Assembly (NCBI GenBank): GCA_964016885.1 | Contig: OZ024752.1 | Coordinates: forward strand, 27,714,001 to 27,778,000 | Direction of reading: 5' to 3' | DNA from: Eledone cirrhosa | Taxonomy: Eukaryota | DNA length: 64,000 bases | Shown: positions 12,584-37,214 of the stretch, piece after piece | Layout: every line of letters starts with the position of its first letter | How positions within the stretch are numbered: the stretch's first letter is position 1 | Notes under the pieces: generated by a model | The model's database searches: none | Told to the model about the DNA's origin: nothing | What the model saw: the letters and a program-made list of their open reading frames with translations, nothing else | Translations under genes and position numbers: made by a program

Positions 12584-14417
12584 ATGGCGGAAAAGATGGC
12601 AGACATGTCTGCCATTAGTTCTGCCACGCCCCCAAGTCTGAAGAACAAAAAATAATTACAACAAAATTAGACAACGAAACAAACAAGGAAAATGAAAAAA
12701 CAAATGTTAAGGAAAATGAGCAAACGGAAAACAAACAAACAGAAAATAATATAAATAACAACAGGGCAACTTTCGCCCAGAAAACAAAACAATCCATAAT
12801 ATACACACCAATTGACTTAACTGCCGCCAGAGAAAAACTGGCCGAAGCGAAAAAACAAATAGTCTTGGGGGAGAACGGAATGTTTTCCATTAACTCCCCC
12901 CCAGAATTCAAGAAAGCCAGAACAGAGAGCACAGTTCTCTTCAGAACTATACTGAACCAGACAAGAAAGCCAGCACAGCCCAGCCAAATGGAAATAGAGT
13001 TGGTCCTAAAAGACTATATGAAGAATATTCTCTTCATACGAAAGGACCGACTCTATGGCAGCATTTCGGTCCTAACAAAAGACAAGGAAACGGCGGAGAA
13101 GCTTTCCCTAAGCCCACTCTCATCGACAACATACAGCTTCTATCCCTCCTACATGGGTAGAAGAACACAGAGAGTAAAAGTAAAAACAATGCTGCCCACA
13201 ATGGACTTCTGGTGGGCTATTGCTGGCTTCATAGACATGGGCGAAGACACAATGCTGTCAATGGGGAAGGCAACTGGAGATGCGTTCCTGGGAATGGGCC
13301 TCGACATACTAGTCCAAATGAGGCCCGAAAGAATAGCACAAATCCCGGATCGCATCTGGCTGGATGACCTTACCCCAATAGACATAATTGTAGAGGGGAG
13401 AAGACCAGCATGCTATTTATGCATGGAAAGGGGACACGTTAAGGCTAACTGCCCGAAACGTATCCCCCAAAAAGGACTATTGCCCACACCCACCACAAAC
13501 AGTACACCAACACCACCCACCTCCAAAAATACACTAATACCACACACAGCAAACAAAATACAGACACCACCAACCACAAACACAACACAAACATCACCAC
13601 CACCAGCACCAAACACAAGCACGACACAAAAATCACCACCACCAACCACAACACAAACATCACCACCACCATCACCAACCACAAGCACGACACGAGCATT
13701 ACCACCACCACCACAAAACCCATTCCAAACAAATAATAAAAAAACAGTAACAAATCTACCCCTCCCGCAAAAAAAAACAACCACACAACACGTCCCTCCC
13801 ACCTAGCGCTGAAGAGTTTCCCCCAACTTCTGAAGAAGAAGGAGGAGAAGCCTTCAGACAAGTTAAAAGAAAAAAAAGAAAACACACACCCAGCACACCA
13901 CAAATAACCCACACACAAACACCAACTCCAATCAAAAACACCCCACCCTCAACAAACAAAAATAAATCTGCGCCTCCCCTCTCCGAAACATTGACAGCAT
14001 CACAAAAAAAGACGTTGCAATACACATATATAAATAAAGAAAACAAAAAACTGGTTAAATTAATAAACAATAACCCTATGGTGCAGACCGAAGGGCCAAA
14101 CTTTATCTCAACAGAGAACTTCACCCATTTAAAAATGATAAAGGTCCCTCTGGACCTTTATCGTTCCTTAAAAGAACAATTTAGACGGGACGTGAGCCCC
14201 CCCCCCCTGTTTAAAACCGTTAAATCGCGTCCTCTTGAAAGATTTCCCCATAACCGCCCCTCTCCCTGACACAACTCCAAATACCCCAACCCCACCACAC
14301 ACGGGTACCCCCACACCACCACAAAACATCCCTCCACCCAACACACCTGATGCCATGGAAATTACACAAGCCGGAGAGGTAGGTGCTTTTCTTTCTTCAC
14401 TTTCAACACCAAAATAG
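12584..14417 (+). pseudogene. LINE ORF1 (gag-like, CCHC zinc knuckle, Pro/Thr-rich linker), frameshifted
   Basis: ATG at 12584; CYLCMERGHVKANC knuckle in 12865-13806. The reading frame switches near homopolymer runs (~12629, ~13770-13800, ~14200). Confidence 0.75.
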
Positions 14418-17400
14418 ATCAATTGAGAGTTGGCTGTTTGAACGCGCTTGGAAGCAAGCAAAGCTTCTAAATGACCTCAGGTCACAAAGTATAGATATGA
14501 TGGTTGTTTTCGAGAGTCGGATCAGCAGCGTGAGACAGCTGGCGCCCGCCTTCGATGACTTTGAGATGCACGCATCTCTCTGTCAACCCGGAGGCGGGGG
14601 GTTGCCGTACTGCTGGATAAACGTCTGGCTCTCGACGTACAGATTGTTCACTCGGACCCGGGGGGTCGATTACTGGTGCTGGACGTCGGAGGCGGTGAAG
14701 GCGGGGCTTTCAGACTGGTCGGTCTTTATGCCCCCTTCGGGGCGGAAAGAGCCGACTTCTTCCAGCGTCTGGAGACTTTTCTAGGAAAGTCGCGTTTCCT
14801 GCTTTTAGTGGGGGACTGGAATGGAATCCTAGATGCGCGTTGGGTCTATGCAGGGGCATGTCCCGATAGAGGGGGGTGTAGCAGCCTCAAGGGGTTACTC
14901 GATCGATTCGACCTGGTCGATAGATTTCGACTAGATTGTCCAACTGCGCCAACCTGGACCTGGGCAAACCGCAGTGGACAATCTAGATCGTACCTAGATA
15001 TGTTTTTGGTTAGGAGTAAGGATAGGGACGTATTTAGTTGTCCAGAACTGATCATGGTTGGCTATTCAGATCACAAATTAGTGACCTGCGTGGTCAACCT
15101 TGATAGAACGCATAGACAGGGTCCCGGTTACTGGAAGATGAACTTGTCCTTGCCGGCAAAGAAAGATTACAGGAACCGGATTAGTAGCTTAGTTAAGATG
15201 CGGTTGACGGGAGCGATCGTCAACAGTAGGTGGTGGGTATCTCTAAAGAGAGAGATTAGAGTAAGTTCGATAGGTTACAGTAAGGAACTAGCGGCGAATA
15301 GAAATAGGAAGGAAAGGGAGTTAACAGATAAACTAAAAGAGGCGATTAGGAGCGGAGACGTAGCCAGAGTGTTAGCGGCGAGAACGGCGTTGAGCCAGTT
15401 CTTTGACGCGAAGCACGAAGGCTGCGTTGTCCGAAGTAAAATACGTGCTTTAGGAAACGAGGGAACCAAAGCTGTTAGCTGGGCCCGCGTGACAGAAGCC
15501 AAGAGTGGGATTAAATCCACCATTCGGTCTTTGCGAGACCAGGATGGACGGGTGATCCTTGAACCTGAGCGGATGTGCGAGGCCTTTCAAAGGCACTTTG
15601 CTCGACTGTTCGGAGGGGGCGGGGGGCCGGACGGGGATGTGGACTTCGGTCCATACCTCGACGGTCTACCGCGTCTTTTGAGCGGCGAAGCGGAGTGCTG
15701 CGAAAGGCCAATCACAGCCACTGAAATCGAGGAAGCGCTCAGCCAATGCAGCAGACGCAAATCTCCGGGTCCCGATGGTCTACCATACGAACTTTATTTA
15801 GCTATGCCGGTCTTGTTCTCCGAACTCCTCGAGGCTGTCTATTGCAACTGGCAACAGAACGGGAGAATTCCCTGTTCTGTGACCAAGGGCGTGGTCACGC
15901 TAGCGAGGAATGACGAGAGCAAGGGGGACGACTTAAGTAACTTTAGGCCCATAACTCTACTGAATGCAGAGTTACAGATTTTGGCCAAGGTGTTGGCGAA
16001 GAGGTTGGCGCTTGTGGTGAGTGGTTTGGTGGAAGACGCGCAGACATGCGCTATCCCGTCCAGGTCCATTCACGACAAACTCCACCTCATGCGATACATC
16101 ATAGAGAGGGTTGGCAACGAACCCGGCTTTGGTGGGGCCCTGATCAACTTGGATCAATCTAAGGCGTTCGATAGGGTCGACCATGGTTACCTGGATGCGG
16201 TGCTAGCGGCGGCGGGCTTTGGACCCGTTTTCAGGGGCTGGATTTCTGCTATGCACAGTGGCAACATCTACTCTAGGATTAAAGTAAACGGCTACCTCTC
16301 GGAGCCGTTTCAAATCACCTGGTCCATCAGACAGGGGTGCCCCCTCTCCTCCCTTCTGTACGTATTGACTCTCGAGCCACTGCTGCGGAAGTTGGAGTTG
16401 CTGCGGAGCATACCCCTGGAACCGGGATTGCACAAAGCGGTCTCGGCCTATGCCGACGACGTAACAGTAATGGTGGCGGACGCCTCGGAAATCGGGGCGA
16501 TCGCCACCCTACTGGAGGAATACGAAAGGCTGACGGGGGCTAGGCTGAACCAGGACAAGTCAGTCGGTTTGCAACTCGGAACGTGGAGGGGCAAACCGAT
16601 GCCGTTAGACGGTGTCGTCGGGCGGTGGACGGAGGGCCCGGTGAAGCTGCTCGGGGTCTGGTTCGGACCGGACCTCCAGGTGGAGAAGAATTGGGGCGAG
16701 GTGACGAGCAGGGTATTTGCGCTGACCCAGAAGTGGGCCAAGAGCAAACTATCACTGAAAGATCGGGCGGAGGTGACGAACGCTTACATAGCGTCCGTCA
16801 TCTACTACCGCCTGACCGTCGTGCCTTGCCCCAAGGAAAAGCTCACCATCATGGAACGCATGCTCTTCCAGTTCCTCTGGAAGAAGCGGCCTCCCATGGT
16901 GAGGAGATCCATCTGCTGCCAGCGCCCTTCGAAAGGAGGGCTGGGTATGCCGTGGCTGTTGATGCGTAGGCACGCATTGAGGCTACGGCATCTACAGGTA
17001 TTCCTCAACGGTCAGCCGGTGGGGACCCCGTTTGTGAGGCGAGCCTTCCCACAGCTCGTCTCGCTCACCGAACTGCAATCCTGGGTGAAGCAAAGACCGA
17101 GAAAACTGGGCAACTGGCACACCGAGTGTGCCCAGGCGCTCACGGCTATCTGGCAAGCGGACCCGACTATCAGTGGAGAATCCACCTCGACATTCTATAG
17201 AGGGTTGGTGGCTAGCAAGGGCGACGACACCCTTGGAGAGTCGCTAGGCATGGAGGAGGACGAACTGGCCAGCCTGTTCGGTAGAACTTTCGGCCCGGGA
17301 CCCATGGACAACTTTCAGAGGTCCCTAGCCTGGCAGTGTTACCGGGGGGCTCTGCCCGTTCGAGAAAAGCTCTACAGACACGGGCGCCCGGGCAGGGATC

Positions 17401-17831
17401 CCGCGAAAAAGATCTGTCCCAGATGCGTGCGCGACGAGGAAACCGTTGCGCATGCACTGGTACACTGCCCGGGCGTTGCCGATCTGTGGGGCTACGTCGA
17501 ACGACTGCTGTCGCGTGTGGCGCCGATTCGATTAACGGCCGAGTCTGTGGTGAACATCAAGCCGCCTCCTCCCTTCAGAAATGAAGCAGAGGCGGTCTTT
17601 CTGTGCGTAATAGCCATGATGAAAGAGGTTGTGTGGTGGACGCGCCTGAAAGGTCTGAGGTCGGGTGACTTTCTCTCCGGCCATCACCTGGTTTACTTAT
17701 TCCGATACCACTTCGGAAGAAGGATCAGGATGGAGAGAGAAGTGCTTGGCCCCAGACAGTTTTATGAAAGGTGGGTGAAAGAAGCGAGAATGGCCCGTGT
17801 AAATGGGCCTTCTCTCTACATTGTTCTGTAG
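14414..17831 (+). pseudogene. LINE ORF2: APE endonuclease + RT + C-terminal CCHC, with two 5' frameshifts then a 1051-aa open frame
   Basis: LRVGCLN start, GDWN, SRSYLD, SDH (APE); SPGPDG, FRPITLLN, LDQSKAFDRV, RQGCPLS, YADD (RT); CPRC..ETVAHALVHC. Confidence 0.9.
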
Positions 17832-18060
17832 GTGAAGAAGTGAAGAGGAAAGGGGGAGCGCCTCCTCTCTGGGCTTCCCCCGCGAAAAGAGTTGCACACT
17901 TTTCGGGGGTATGTGCAATCCCGAACACGCCCCGTCCCTTTTGAGGACTTTTTATTATTATATTATTATTGTTATTCCTTTTTCTTTACTCGATTTATGT
18001 AAACTCCCCCACTGTGTAAATGTCCCCTGCTTTTGTGCCCTCGTGGCAAATAAATAGAAA

Positions 18061-18187
18061 TCTATCTATCTATCTATCTATCTCTCTATCTATCTATCTA
18101 TCTATTTATCTATCTATATATATATCTATGTATCTATATAATCTATTTATCTAGCTGTCTATCTATCTATCTACCTACCTATCTATA
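18061..18187. repeat. (TCTA)n microsatellite, degenerate distally
   Basis: Direct reading. Confidence 0.9.
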
Positions 18188-18436
18188 TAATTGTCTTTTA
18201 TAAAAAAATCTATTCATAGGTAGATGCATAGAGCTTGTTTGAGTAATCTGCTTTTTTATCATAGCTCAGTGCATATGTTGGTGGCATGAACTATCCAGTA
18301 TTTGATTGGTAACCAGATATTCTATCTAGTTAGTGAGCAATAATTCTTGAAATATATAAGGAACAAGAAAATCATGAAAGACGAACAAAATAGTATTGGG
18401 TAAGAATTCAAGAGAAGGTATCCCTTTCTGTTTTTC

Positions 18437-18442
18437 TTTATT
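18437..18442 (-). terminator. Candidate polyadenylation signal (AATAAA) of the S-crystallin gene
   Basis: AATAAA on the minus strand ~360 nt downstream of the stop codon. Confidence 0.45.
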
Positions 18443-18797
18443 GAAATCCCAGCAAGCTGATCGTGAAAAGAATACAAGAAATTTCGCTAAACACCACTGC
18501 TAAGAGGTTCTGTAATATTTTTTGACAGATTTGGATTCGCCAGCAAATGTTCTATTGGGGTTATTTGAACACATACGTGTTTTCCCATAAAAGGCAGGAC
18601 AAAAAAAAAAAGGAAACCATTTTTAAGTTAGAAGAAAAAGAAGTTGACATTTTGTTGTTATGACACTCTGGAGAAATTGGTTTATATTAATAGTTATTGA
18701 CGTACTTTGTTGTGACATTTTATGTATTTTTGCTGTTGTAGATCTTGATATTGATTTCATGGTTAAAATCCTTATCATTTTTATGGATTTCACACAT

Positions 18798-29266
<10,469 letters not shown>

Positions 29267-29362
29267 GGTTGAATTTGCTATTTTGCTAAGTCTGCAAAAA
29301 ATTCTATCTATATACCTTGTTGTGTGTCAACAGAGATATGAGAAGACCAGGCTGAAGCAGAG

Positions 29363-29425
29363 TTTATATATGTGTGTTTATAAAATGACAATCAACTATT
29401 TCTCTTAGTCATTGTTAATGAGTTA
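29363..29425 (-). promoter_or_regulatory. Candidate S-crystallin promoter: TATATAAA box (29363-29370) with AP-1-like TGACTAA and TAACTCA sites just upstream
   Basis: TATA box ~100 nt upstream of the ATG. AP-1/ARE elements are described for squid S-crystallin promoters; both sites here differ from TGACTCA by one base. Confidence 0.5.
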
Positions 29426-32400
29426 CTGTGCGAGCCAAAATTTCGAATTGGAACATCAACTCTAGAGAATTGCCAGCACATTTGGTATAATTACCACAAA
29501 TACACTTGGTGACATAATCATTGAATCTGATTTTCTTAAAATCTTTTTCATCGCGTATATTTTTCTTCTATTTTATTTTCCATTTTATTTTTGGTTTATT
29601 TCCTTCTACCTTTTAAAGAATCTCGGTTTAAGTATTTTCGGCAGTAAATGTACTTGCAAAAAAAAGCAATTCACATGACGTTTCTCATATAAGTTGGCAT
29701 TTGATATGGATCATGTAGCCCGAAGAATAGGTTCTATTGTAAGAACAAGTAATATTTGCGTCACTACCATTCACTCGTCCCTGATCTCATGAGCACATAC
29801 TCATTAATTCATTTCTACTTGCCTACTCTGTAGTTTAGCATCCAATTTAGTTTCATTTACCACAATTTTTAAAGGATCTGCATTGTTTTTTGGATTTTAT
29901 TTTGTATCTTTGGTGAGTCGTATCATAATTTATAATATTGATATCGGTTCTATAATCTGAAATAAGTGCAAGGAACGCCGCCTCGTTTGAAGTTCACATC
30001 TATGTCTTGGCTGTTTTGAGTAAAAATTACTATATTGTAAACTTTCGATATAATTAATTAAAATTATTTATTATATCTATTGATGGTTATCTGAATATAA
30101 AGTAATTAAAAGAGAAAAAATAAATTCTTTTCCAGATGATCTGACTTAGTATCATCCTCATCATTCTAAGAGGACCTGTTGTGGATATATGTGTGTGGTC
30201 AAAGTGGAGGAGAATTTAGAACTGTTAATCAAGCTTTTTCCTGACATTATTAGCAAAGTAAATATTGAACGGTGACATAATATTTGAAAGCAAAGTATAC
30301 CGATTGAAGGCGCGACACACACCAACAAAAAACTGTTGACAAATAACTCTATTATTTGGCGTATAATGTAAATGGTAATCCAGTTATAGGGCCCCTATCT
30401 ACGTTTTCTATCGAAAATGTAGATAAAATATTTGTAATTTGCCACTGTTTGTAATTGTAGACATGCTATGCTTTCTCTCACTGCTAGCCTAATACAAAAC
30501 CCGTCTAGAATACCCTCTACGATATCTCCACTCCAGACTCTATTTTGTATTTGCCAGAGAGTTAAACCGATCTGATAAGGAGTTTGAGGCTTTTGCAACT
30601 TTATCTTCTATCAGTTACTCCTACAAAGTCTATATTTAAGATGCTTTTCAAGAAAAGGAGAAAACGATCCAAGAAAGGCTTCCAGGTGACTGAAAACCTC
30701 CAGTCATCCTGTTCTAGTCGGGACCGACAGCCCCCTGTCTGAAAGCATGATATTTGCTACCGTTCGCGACCACGATCACCAACTTACCGTCCGTGTCTCG
30801 AAGCGAATATGTATTCAATTTCTTCCTCGTAGGGTATAAAATAAGGGTTGCTTTCCTTACATTACGAGATACGGTATCTCATAATTAAGTTAATAACAGG
30901 GACTGCAACAATATATGTGTTTTAAACATCGAAAACAACAAACATCCTAGCGTCGAAATGATACGCGTAAGAAGTAAACATTGGCAATCACAACAACATT
31001 GACAAGAACAACAACAACAGCAGCCGGAGCAACAACAAAAGCAACAAAAGCAACAGCAACAATAATAAAATAATAATTGAGAGAAATGTCAAGTTATTTT
31101 TCTCTCCTTATATCGTGTCACATTTTTCTAGACGAGTAAACGAATGCTAACAAATGTTATCTGAAAAAAGAAAGTCATTTTTCAATATGTATTGTCCTTA
31201 GTATGACTATTTCCTGATAATTGCATATTTTATATCTGGCTTCCATTGTATTTCATTTGAAGGTTTCAATCAGAAAAATGAATGGAGATATTTATACGAT
31301 ACAATGAAATTCATCCCAACAACTATACCAGTGTTATTACTTAGTTTTGCAGCTCACATACAGGCAATATTAGAGTCATGTCTTATATTGATTTCTACAA
31401 AATTGTCTCTGTGATATAACTCCTAGTCGATCAGATAAATGACTAAAGTTTCTCTAGCCACGACCACAGCTTTTTCGTTTCCGACGGCTTGCATCAATAA
31501 CAACATTATCAAGTGTTTCTATTTTTTTCTTCCTTTTAATGTAGCATGGTTGATTTTTAGAATATAGCTGCTACTTCTGTAATTTTCAACATAGATGCAA
31601 GTTTCTATGATTAGTACATGATTTAAGTTAAAACGTTAGCCGCATGATTCAGAAGCCTACTCCATATACCCGATATTCCGAGTTGTATCTCTACATCTTC
31701 GAGCCATCGATTTTACGACTCCAGAACAACGAATAAAAAAAAAAAATTAAACATTTCTTGAATTTATTGATTTTTTTTCATACTATTATATCCAATTTTT
31801 TTTCATACTATTATAATTTTAACACTGCATACATGAGCAAGCAGAGTGTCAGATTAGCTACCAAATGGCTGCATTTGACACAACACAGAGGCTGGATATA
31901 AAAACCAGATTCATGTTATACAGAGTAATTGCTACAGACGGCTTAAATATGATTCGAACTAATTGAGTACGTTGCTTGTAAAACGCTATTTATTTATGTG
32001 AGTATCACCAAAGTACATATTGAGCTCCCCTGGGATTACTTAGATTAGATTATTTGAAAAGCGAATTTGTTTTGTGTAAAAGAACAAATATAAGTTCATA
32101 GTTTGGGATCTGTCGTCGTTCTAGTAAAGAACTGAATCTCGCACTTTTCCAGAAGACAACGAAGAGACGTCAAAATGATTTTCTTTTGCCGTCATTTGAT
32201 GACAACGACCTGCTCAAAAAGAGATAACTTTGTAGGCATGTCTATTTTCTAACCATTGATATTTCACAGATCCAGTTAAGTGTTTCATGTTCAATGAAAC
32301 TCTAAGCAAACGATCTGGTGGCTCAATCTCCGGATCTCAATATGATTGAAACTCTCTCTCACAGATCTTATCTTTATATCAAACCTCGAATGCAGTCGCA

Positions 32401-33225
32401 TTTCAAACATCTGTTCAATGTAATCAAAGAATCCTGGAAACAAAATCCGATTTCTCATTGAGAGCATTTGATTTAGTATATAGCCTACAGTGACGTTATT
32501 AAGTAGAAAATGATGTCACACTGGATATTGACCTGTGAATATATATTGTTCAACAGGAGACCGTTATTTCCATTAATAATCTTGTTTTCACAACTGTTTC
32601 TAAATACATGTCGCCATCAATTCTACACACAGAACAAAGAAGACTGCTTATTGAAATATAAGACAAATATTTCAGTATATTACTAACATATTGTTTATAG
32701 AATACATAATGGAAAACTACATAATATAGTTCTTGTTCATGCATTCATCTTGTAAGCCATAAAAGGGTTTCGAGGCGCGTCATTCATCAACTCGTCTCTT
32801 TGACTGAGCTGAAGGCTTGACACAAGCAAGGACAGTGACTGAGTGCCTGGCATCTGGGCTGTTGTCAGGAGTTCAAAGCTTTCTAACAGCTGCACTCTGC
32901 AGACAGTAAAAATTCCACTTTAGCGTTTTATAGAGGACTAGCGGGGATCAAGAGTGGCTACCAGAATGAACTAAGCAGTCTGTCAAGGAGAAAATTTGGC
33001 CTGGGGTCAATGGACAATTTCCAGAAATTGCTGACGTGGCAGTGCTACCAGGTGGTACTGTCGGTCTGAGACAAACTCCATAGGCATAGAAGTGCTATCA
33101 GTCGAACCTGTCCATGTGACCTTGGTGGGTAATGGAATACTTTGATGCTGTTGTCGGATCACGGTGATTTCGGATCTGTTTCTAAATCACACCTAGTTAA
33201 TTTTCTCGCCTATTGGAGAAATATA

Positions 33226-33263
<38 letters not shown>

Positions 33264-33784
33264 TTTACACCCACCTTTCCTTGCTTGCAAGCTTGGGACG
33301 AGTCCTTTTCAGCACAGCATGTCTCCATTCACCACGGTCCTTCATCCTTTCCTCCGTGTGCTTCAGCGATCTGAGGTCAGCTCTCACCACCTACGTTAAT
33401 AATTTTTCGTTACCTTGTTATCTATTTTTCTGTTTGCTCTATTTATGTAAATCCTTACTGCCCTTGTTCATTTGTATTGTCCCTTGTCTCTAAGACCTTA
33501 TGATCAATACAAAAAATCAACATCGTCCTCATTATTCTAGAGGATAGTAAACAGGTAAACCTGATAAAACAAAACTTACACCAGCTCAACAATGTATTAA
33601 CTCTATGTAAGATGGAAAATTGTGGCTATCATTATGAAATAAATACAAAGGGTAGTTTAAAGCGTAGTCGGTGGAGCGTCTGGCACAGTTGTTTATTGTA
33701 TAGTTACGCCATTGTATGGTGTAAGTTTAATTCACGCCGGGATTGCCTTTGCATTTTATCTTCTGGCATCAATAATTGAATTAG

Positions 33785-34075
33785 GAGACCGAAGTTGGTT
33801 TTAATCGTTTTTAAACCTCACTCAAATACGTGACCTTTTTTCTGATGTAGTCTTCATCGGTCGTATGTGTAAATATTCACAGCTTTAGTGTTTTGCTTGC
33901 CCGAATAGCTAGTCATTTCTAGCAAACCTAATTGAATAAGTCGATAATCGATTTTAATCCTCATCAAAATACGTGGCCTTGTTTCTGATCTAGAATTCAT
34001 TGATCTCATGTGTAAATCTTCACAGTTTTAGTAGTTTACTTGTCCGAAAATTTAGCCATTTCTAGTAACCTAATT
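33785..34075. repeat. Diverged ~150-bp tandem duplication
   Basis: aaatacgtg..ctt..ttctgat..tag..ttcat..tgtgtaaat.ttcacag.ttt..tagc..ttctag occurs twice. Confidence 0.7.
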
Positions 34076-34615
34076 ATGAATACGTCAATAACGAAGTACT
34101 CTTTTCAATGCCTTAAAATTGTTTCAAACGAACGAGGTATTTGGGAATATTCCAAACTCATTTCGATTTTAACTAATTTATTGAACAGTTGAAAGTTTCG
34201 GTAATTAGCAAATATTAATTGTTTCTAGTCAGTTTCCCCTCGTACCTATTAGTAGATCACTGACGGTCAATTTTTTCATCATATCTATTGATTTCTTTTA
34301 TATAGGAACAGTGCAAACTTTCTTAAGGGAAGCATTTAGAAAATTGAATTGAGGCCAAACCGTTATTGATACATTTTTTGTAAAATCTTTACCGACGAAA
34401 AGCAAGGTTAATCTTCTGAACTCAGAATGCAAAAAGAATTCCAAGAGATACCACAGTTTAATTTAGGTTACACGCTGCCAATTCTGAAATTCAATAGCAA
34501 ATGTATGAAATCATAGTACTATTTAGTGGGTTGGTATGATAATATAATCTTATACTGGTGATGTTTTCTCAATAAATTCACTTTTGCATCTTGTTTTGTA
34601 CCGTCCACATCGAAT

Positions 34616-34765
34616 TTCTTCTTCTTCTTCTTCTTCTTCTTCTTCTTCTTCTTCTTCTTCTTCTTCTTCTTCTTCTTCTTCTTCTTCTTCTTCTTCTTCT
34701 TCTTCTTCTTCTTCTTCTTCTTCTTCTTCTTCTTCTTCTTCTTCTTCTTCTTCTTCTTCTTCTTC
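34616..34765. repeat. (TTC)n microsatellite
   Basis: Direct reading. Confidence 0.97.
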
Positions 34766-34951
34766 GCCCATTTATTTCTGGGATGGTCCTTGGAGCATAT
34801 TTTATCTCTGAGAGATTATTAGACTCACTGTCAAAATATTAATTGTCATCTTATATTTATCAGATAGATAATATTCGTATCAATCAACAGTGAAACGTAC
34901 GTAAAATTCGATGTACAATAAAAACATCTTAAAGTGAAACATACACACACG

Positions 34952-35054
<103 letters not shown>

Positions 35055-35699
35055 TATAACAAAGAGGGTGTGGTAAGGTACCAGGTAGACCATAACGCAC
35101 CACCAAAGTACTCAATACTTAGAGTGGGTAATAGAGTTCGGATCTAGCTGTCGAAACGGCCGGAGCTCAGCAGTCGGGGTCTTGACTCTTTTCCTATATA
35201 TATATATATATTAATAAAAGGAGTTCCAACTTGGTCTGATTAACTAGTTTTATTTACCATCCTTTAAACTTATAATGATTTTATAATGAAATAGTAAGGT
35301 AGAATATTAAATGATAAATGTTAATTGAACAAGTACTTTCGTGCTTTCGCAATCTTCAGGTTCAAATTCTGTGGTGACAGTCAAGTTTGCAATTTACAAC
35401 TGTTGAATATTGCAAACTTGACTGAAAGTCCGCTCACACACACATATATACCCACGCATACACACACACATATATACACATACACATACACACACACGCG
35501 CATACATACATATATACGGATACACATATGTACACACACATATGTACATATACACACCCATATACATATACACACACACTCTCTCTCTCTCACACACACC
35601 CACACACGCCCACGACCATATACATATCAACATACACGTCCACAGGCGCCTGCCTATATGCCCTCGTATATCCGCTCTCACACGCACGCACACGCACAC

Positions 35700-36218
35700 A
35701 CAACACACACACGTACACGCATACACGCATACAAGGACACATACCTGCGTACGTGTTCATTTGCTCATATACACAAACACGTACAGACATATACATAGAC
35801 ACACACACGCACATATACACGCCTGTCCTTATAGAGAGGCACAAAGACAGACACGCTCCCAAAGACACATACACCCATACACACACATACCCCCCCCCCC
35901 CCACACACACACACGCACTGGCACATATACATTCCAACAAATACGCGCCCAATTACCTCCGTGTCCACGTACATCCACAAAGATAGATACACGCACACAT
36001 GTATATATCTCTGTCCTTACCCCAATGTGATATACTCACAGTCATATAAATATCCACAAAAGGTCATACAGGGTCATCCATGGAAGGATGCATCCTGTTA
36101 TACATGCACAAATATAAACCATGTAACCATATATATACATCCATACACATACATGCATACATACACACATATATATACACATATACATAAATAAATAAGT
36201 AAATAGAAAAATAAATAA

Positions 36219-36255
<37 letters not shown>

Positions 36256-36620
36256 CACATATGTATACACATATACATATATACACATATACACACATAC
36301 ACATACACACATACATACATACACATACATATATATACACACACACACACATATATATATATACATCTGTACACACCCACACATACACACCCACATATAA
36401 ACGTACATACACACACATACATACACATCTATACAAAAAACCTCCACTATACTAAAATATGTATCTAACGTCGTACCTTAAAAGATGTGTCTTGTATTAC
36501 ACATACACGGATATAAACATTATAATCATATACATGCATCCATACACATACACATAACATATACATATGTATATATGCATATATATACATATATATATAC
36601 ACACACACACAGAGACACAC
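35700..36620. repeat. Left arm of an inverted duplication enclosing the 469-bp array (partner ~42720-43830)
   Basis: Unique segments such as ggtcatacagggtcatccatggaaggatgcatcctgtta and aacgtcgtaccttaaaagatgtgtcttg recur as reverse complements at ~43153-43192 and ~42839-42867. Confidence 0.85.
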
Positions 36621-36631
36621 ACACAAACACC

Positions 36632-36687
<56 letters not shown>

Positions 36688-36852
36688 TATATATATCCAT
36701 TTTTAAAGGGGTACGTCAATGTCTATTTATAAAACTGTTATATATTGTATTTTGTCTGATGAAGGCATACCATAATTTAACTTGGTATCCTTGAAATATA
36801 TATAATGAAATAAATATACTTTTATAAATATAGTTTCCATTTATTAATATCG

Positions 36853-36884
<32 letters not shown>

Positions 36885-37169
36885 CAAATAACGAAACGAA
36901 ATTAAATTTCGTTTCGCTTCTAACTCACTTTTGTATGACTGACGCTTAAACAATTAAGTTAAAGTGTACATCTACATATGTATACGGAAGTATTAGTATG
37001 CATATAAATACACACATGTATACATATGTACATGTACTCAGCTTTTCACTAGACACTTTACAGTGAGTGTCAGCTAGTCTGTATGTAACCACACAGACGG
37101 ACCGGGTTTTAGAGTCATACGGGTTTTCAAGGAAACACATTTCCTCTATTCTCTAGAGGGCTAGACAGG

Positions 37170-37214
37170 AATATTGGACTAGTTTCGATGTTATTACATC
37201 TCATCAGCAATATT
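37170..37214 (-). ncRNA. Type I hammerhead ribozyme (identical copies at 37639-37683, 38108-38152, 38577-38621, 39046-39090, 39515-39559)
   Basis: aatattg-CTGATGA-gatgt-aata-acatc-GAAA-ctag-TC-caatatt: 7-bp stem I, 5-bp stem II, palindromic stem III (ACTAGT), GUC cleavage triplet. Confidence 0.92.

Larger units (their letters stand above)
12385..18058 (+). mobile_element. Near full-length L1/Tx1-clade LINE (ORF1 + ORF2)
   Basis: Two-ORF layout, AATAAA at ~18049, followed by (TCTA)n; degenerate TATC repeats upstream. The 5' boundary is approximate. Confidence 0.88.

Noticed and set aside
29292-29315. Possible 5' UTR intron (GTATA...TTGCAG)
   Set aside because: Only ~25 nt, too short for a normal spliceosomal intron.
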